DNA of 64,000 nt from assembly GCA_030141605.1 (NCBI GenBank), contig JAQGDQ010000513.1:1-64000 (forward strand), read 5' to 3'. The position numbers and the translations under genes were made by a program. The stretch is from Tubiluchus corallicola (Eukaryota > Animalia > Priapulida). Below the pieces are notes generated by a model. It saw nothing but the letters and a program-made list of their open reading frames with translations, had not been told where the DNA came from and ran no database searches. This document shows, one piece after another, positions 60,601 through 64,000 of the stretch; the first letter of the stretch is position 1, and each line of letters opens with the position of its first letter.

Positions 60601-61878
60601 TAAATAGGTAATCGCGTATGATAACGTTTAAAATTCCAGTTTTGGCATTGTTTTTACTATTAGAATCGCAAGTGAATACGATGAATAATCATTTGGCACT
60701 TAATATCATGTTATAGTTCATGTTTCTGCACTAATAAAATCATTAATTAATCAGCGCACGTATTTTAAAAAAGAGAATTATTTGATACCGCTTAAAGGGC
60801 GCGTCCTCTTTCACGTCAGGAGAAGGTAGTATTACAGTACTGGCTTTTAATTAACAGAAGCTTCTGTATTCTTTGTTTTTAAGGTAAGTTTGATCAACCC
60901 TATTTTATGCTGCAGAGGTACTTCAAATAGGACCGAATGTGCTGCTTAGACTGCAAGAACTCTGGGTCTTTTAAACCCTTCTCATTCAAATCGCAAACGT
61001 TAAAAGTGTGCATTCTTTTTCTGTCATTGCTTTTAGCTGTTTTTCTGTTTCACAACTATAACTAGGGCCGAGAATGCTGCGTACACCGGGTACAAGTCGT
61101 TGCTGCGAATACTGGGTACTTTGTAGACCACCAATTTCGAATAAATATAAGACAAGTTCTGCCCTCAGCCAACATAAGCGAGATTTATCTAAAAAGAGAT
61201 AAAGATGTGTACCAGGCATATGTAAATATTGTTAGAGATGTTGTGCGGAAAAATTGTTATAAAGAAATTCAAATTATATTCACAGAAAAACAGGTACTGA
61301 GTTAATAGTTATATAAATTATAGTGTAAACTATGTATATAGTTTAAATTTATTCTTAATTGGCACTATGTATAATCTTGTCATCGTAAATAGTTATATTT
61401 TGTAAACGAACCTCTGCAAATAGAGGGGAAACAATGTATTCATTGTTTAATAAAAGACTTATAAAAATGGGTACTTTATCCATATCCGTTTCCATTTACG
61501 AAACAGAAAATACCAAGTTGATTATTTACATGCAGAAATGCCAAGTCTGTTCTGAGACGTCCTGGGTTCAAACTTCAAATAGCAAAAGTTAAATGTTCCA
61601 TCGGTTAAAGCATTTAGTTTTTCGACAGAATTTCCACTTGCTTGAGATACATTTCTCTACTCTGGTTACTGTTCCTTATCGAGACCGGTCCAAATAGAGC
61701 CCATAACTTCTTATCTAGAATAGCTTATGGAGGCTGGATTAGACCGAACCTGATCTCGATCCTTATACTAGCTTGCTAGATTTATTAGTAAGGATAAATC
61801 AGATGTTAGAAGCGCTAGGTATTTTTTGACATGGATTTCGATGACGTTTTCAGTCTAATTTAGTTTCAGTAATTGCGC

Positions 61879-62930
61879 TGTAGATATAAAATAATAAGAT
61901 TTGCATGTTGTGTTACAGCATCTCCGTAGATATAAAATAATAAGATTTGCATGTTGTGTTACAACATCTCTGTAGATATAAAATAATAAGATTTGCAAGT
62001 TGTGTTACAACATCTCTGTAGGTATAAAATAATAAGATTTGCATGTTGTGTTACAACATCTCTGTAGATATGAAATAATAAGATTTGCATGTTGTGTTAC
62101 AACATCTCTGTAGATATAAAATAATAAGATTTGCATGTTGTGTTACAACATCTCTGTAGATATAAAATAATAAGATTTGCATGTTGTGTTACAACATCTC
62201 TGTAGGTATAAAATAATAAGATTTGCATGTTGTGTTACAACATCTCTGTAGATATAAAATAATAAGATTTGCATGTTGTGTTACAACATCTCTGTAGATA
62301 TAAAATAATAAGATTTGCATGTTGTGTTACAACATCTCTGTAGATATAAAATAATATGATTTGCATGTTGTGTTACAACATCTCTGTAGATATGAAATAA
62401 TAAGATTTGCATGTTGTGTTACAACATCTCTGTAGATATGAAATAATAAGATTTGCATGTTGTGTTACAACATCTCTGTAGGTATAAAATAATAAGATTT
62501 GCATGTTGTGTTACAACATCTCTGTAGATATAAAATAATAAGATTTGCATGTTGTGTTACAACATCTCTGTAGATATAAAATAATAAGATTTGCATGTTG
62601 TGTTACAACATCTCTGTAGCTATAAAATAATAAGATTTGCATGTTGTGTTACAACATCTCTGTAGATATAAAATAATAAGATTTGCATGTTGTGTTACAA
62701 CATCTCTGTAGATATAAAATAATAAGATTTGCATGTTGTGTTACAACATCTCTGTAGATATAAAATAATAAGATTTGCATGTTGTGTTACAACATCTCTG
62801 TAGATATAAAATAATAAGATTTGCATGTTGTGTTACAACATCTCTGTAGATATGAAATAATAAGATTTGCATGTTGTGTTACAACATCTCTGTAGATATA
62901 AAATAATAAGATTTGCATGTTGTGTTACAA
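61879..62930. repeat. 46-bp minisatellite, ~23 near-identical copies
   Basis: Unit tgtagatataaaataataagatttgcatgttgtgttacaacatctc, with internal hairpin atgttgt-gtt-acaacat. Confidence 0.97.
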
Positions 62931-63817
62931 GTAAATGATTTTCAAACTGCTTAGACTTTACTTACATCTTGTCGCTTGACTTCAAATGGTACTTTTCGTA
63001 TGTAAGCTAATAATTAAGGTCCTAATTAGAGACTTTATTAAACAAACCAGTTATGCATCGAGCAATTAACAGCGTTTTTTACGAATCTCCTGAAGTATAA
63101 GCGGAATATTTGACTAGATTAGACCGTGAGTTGCCGTAAAATCATTAAAGTGTGTAGAAGCGTGTTACATGTATGTATGTAAGGTTATCAGGACATTGTG
63201 TTTGGTGCAACGTAGTTGTTGTTACTGAGCCTGCTGTTTGTTTACGCTAAACCCAATGCCATGTATCTGGGACTAGGTTGTTGGTTATATTATTTTTTCT
63301 GTGGTGTAATTGCGAAATGCGCAGTTTCGTTTAACTAGCTCTGCTAGGGGTGTAACACTTCTAATTTGATCAATGTTAAAAGCATACATTAACCTAATTC
63401 AGCACAGTTTACTTAACTGGGCCTTGATGGAGTGGATTGGAAACAGTACAGCGCTTCACTGAGTCTTTCAGCTGCTTTTTAATCATGGAGAGGCGAAACA
63501 AAAAAAAATGGGGCGGAAAATGTTTTTATCGTATGTTCGTTAAACGAAAGTAGGTTGATTTTCCATATCCTGCAGTCTCATTTTGAGGTATACATTTTAA
63601 CACCTATAACAGTGCCAAAACGTCTCTGATAGCTAAATAATACTTTAAAAACTTATGGCGAGCCCAACTAGTGATGGCGTCACAATTGAACCTAATTTTC
63701 AACAGCACAAATATTCCGTGAGCGTGTTATAATACAGTGTTACTGTACAGCATTCGGTGTGATATGCAAAAACTCGGCAAATTTTAAGGGTAAGATTCAA
63801 ATCTCATTTAAAATTTT

Positions 63818-64000
63818 CCGCTGTGCTCACGCGTGAGCTGTCGAACGTGTTTACCACGTCACAACTGAGCACCTGTGAACTGAGAGAAGTACAGCGTCTG
63901 TTTCTGAGATGCATGTGTTAGTGCCGTCTAGCTAGCGAATGACGAAATGTATGTAACAGCTAGGAACTAGCCACGCGAACACAAAATTACCATTCTTTGG
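63818..64000 (+). repeat. Dispersed repeat also present at ~6407-6600
   Basis: ccgctgtgctcacgc(a/g)tgagctgtc...aactgagag...tacagc...atgtaacagc is shared between the two sites. Confidence 0.7.

Noticed and set aside
61879-62930. CRISPR-like array (also 11526-12198 and 34364-34850)
   Set aside because: Units are contiguous with no unique spacers, there are no cas genes, and the context is eukaryotic intron.

Overview
AT-rich, repeat-dense eukaryotic (animal, probably lophotrochozoan invertebrate) genomic DNA; there are no prokaryotic features. Three intron-containing genes were rebuilt by hand with GT-AG, phase-consistent exons. (1) The last five exons of epsilon-tubulin (TUBE1, +, stop 13083). 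(2) A complete 23-exon DHX30-like DEAH RNA helicase (-, 50885->13559, ~1108 aa), convergent with TUBE1, with a probable mitochondrial presequence and an altered motif V. (3) The first coding exon of SPOP/roadkill (+, 57606-57689), divergent from DHX30. Introns are packed with MITEs (hAT, Tc1/pogo, piggyBac and unclassified), a young 5'-truncated RTE LINE with an intact RT frame, older LINE fragments, a Meta-type tRNA SINE, a probable Helitron and three minisatellites. Most notable: a TSD-bounded SINE made of a full 5S rRNA head plus RTE 5' and 3' pieces; a near-perfect ~840-bp-arm fold-back palindrome whose template-switch junction is preserved in a neighbouring duplicate; a 3.3-kb TTAA/AGG (Kolobok-like) element with ~490-bp TIRs next to the SPOP acceptor; a minimal hammerhead ribozyme motif; and inverted repeat pairs that bracket exons. 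Family names come from recalled motifs, not database searches, and identities are by-eye estimates.
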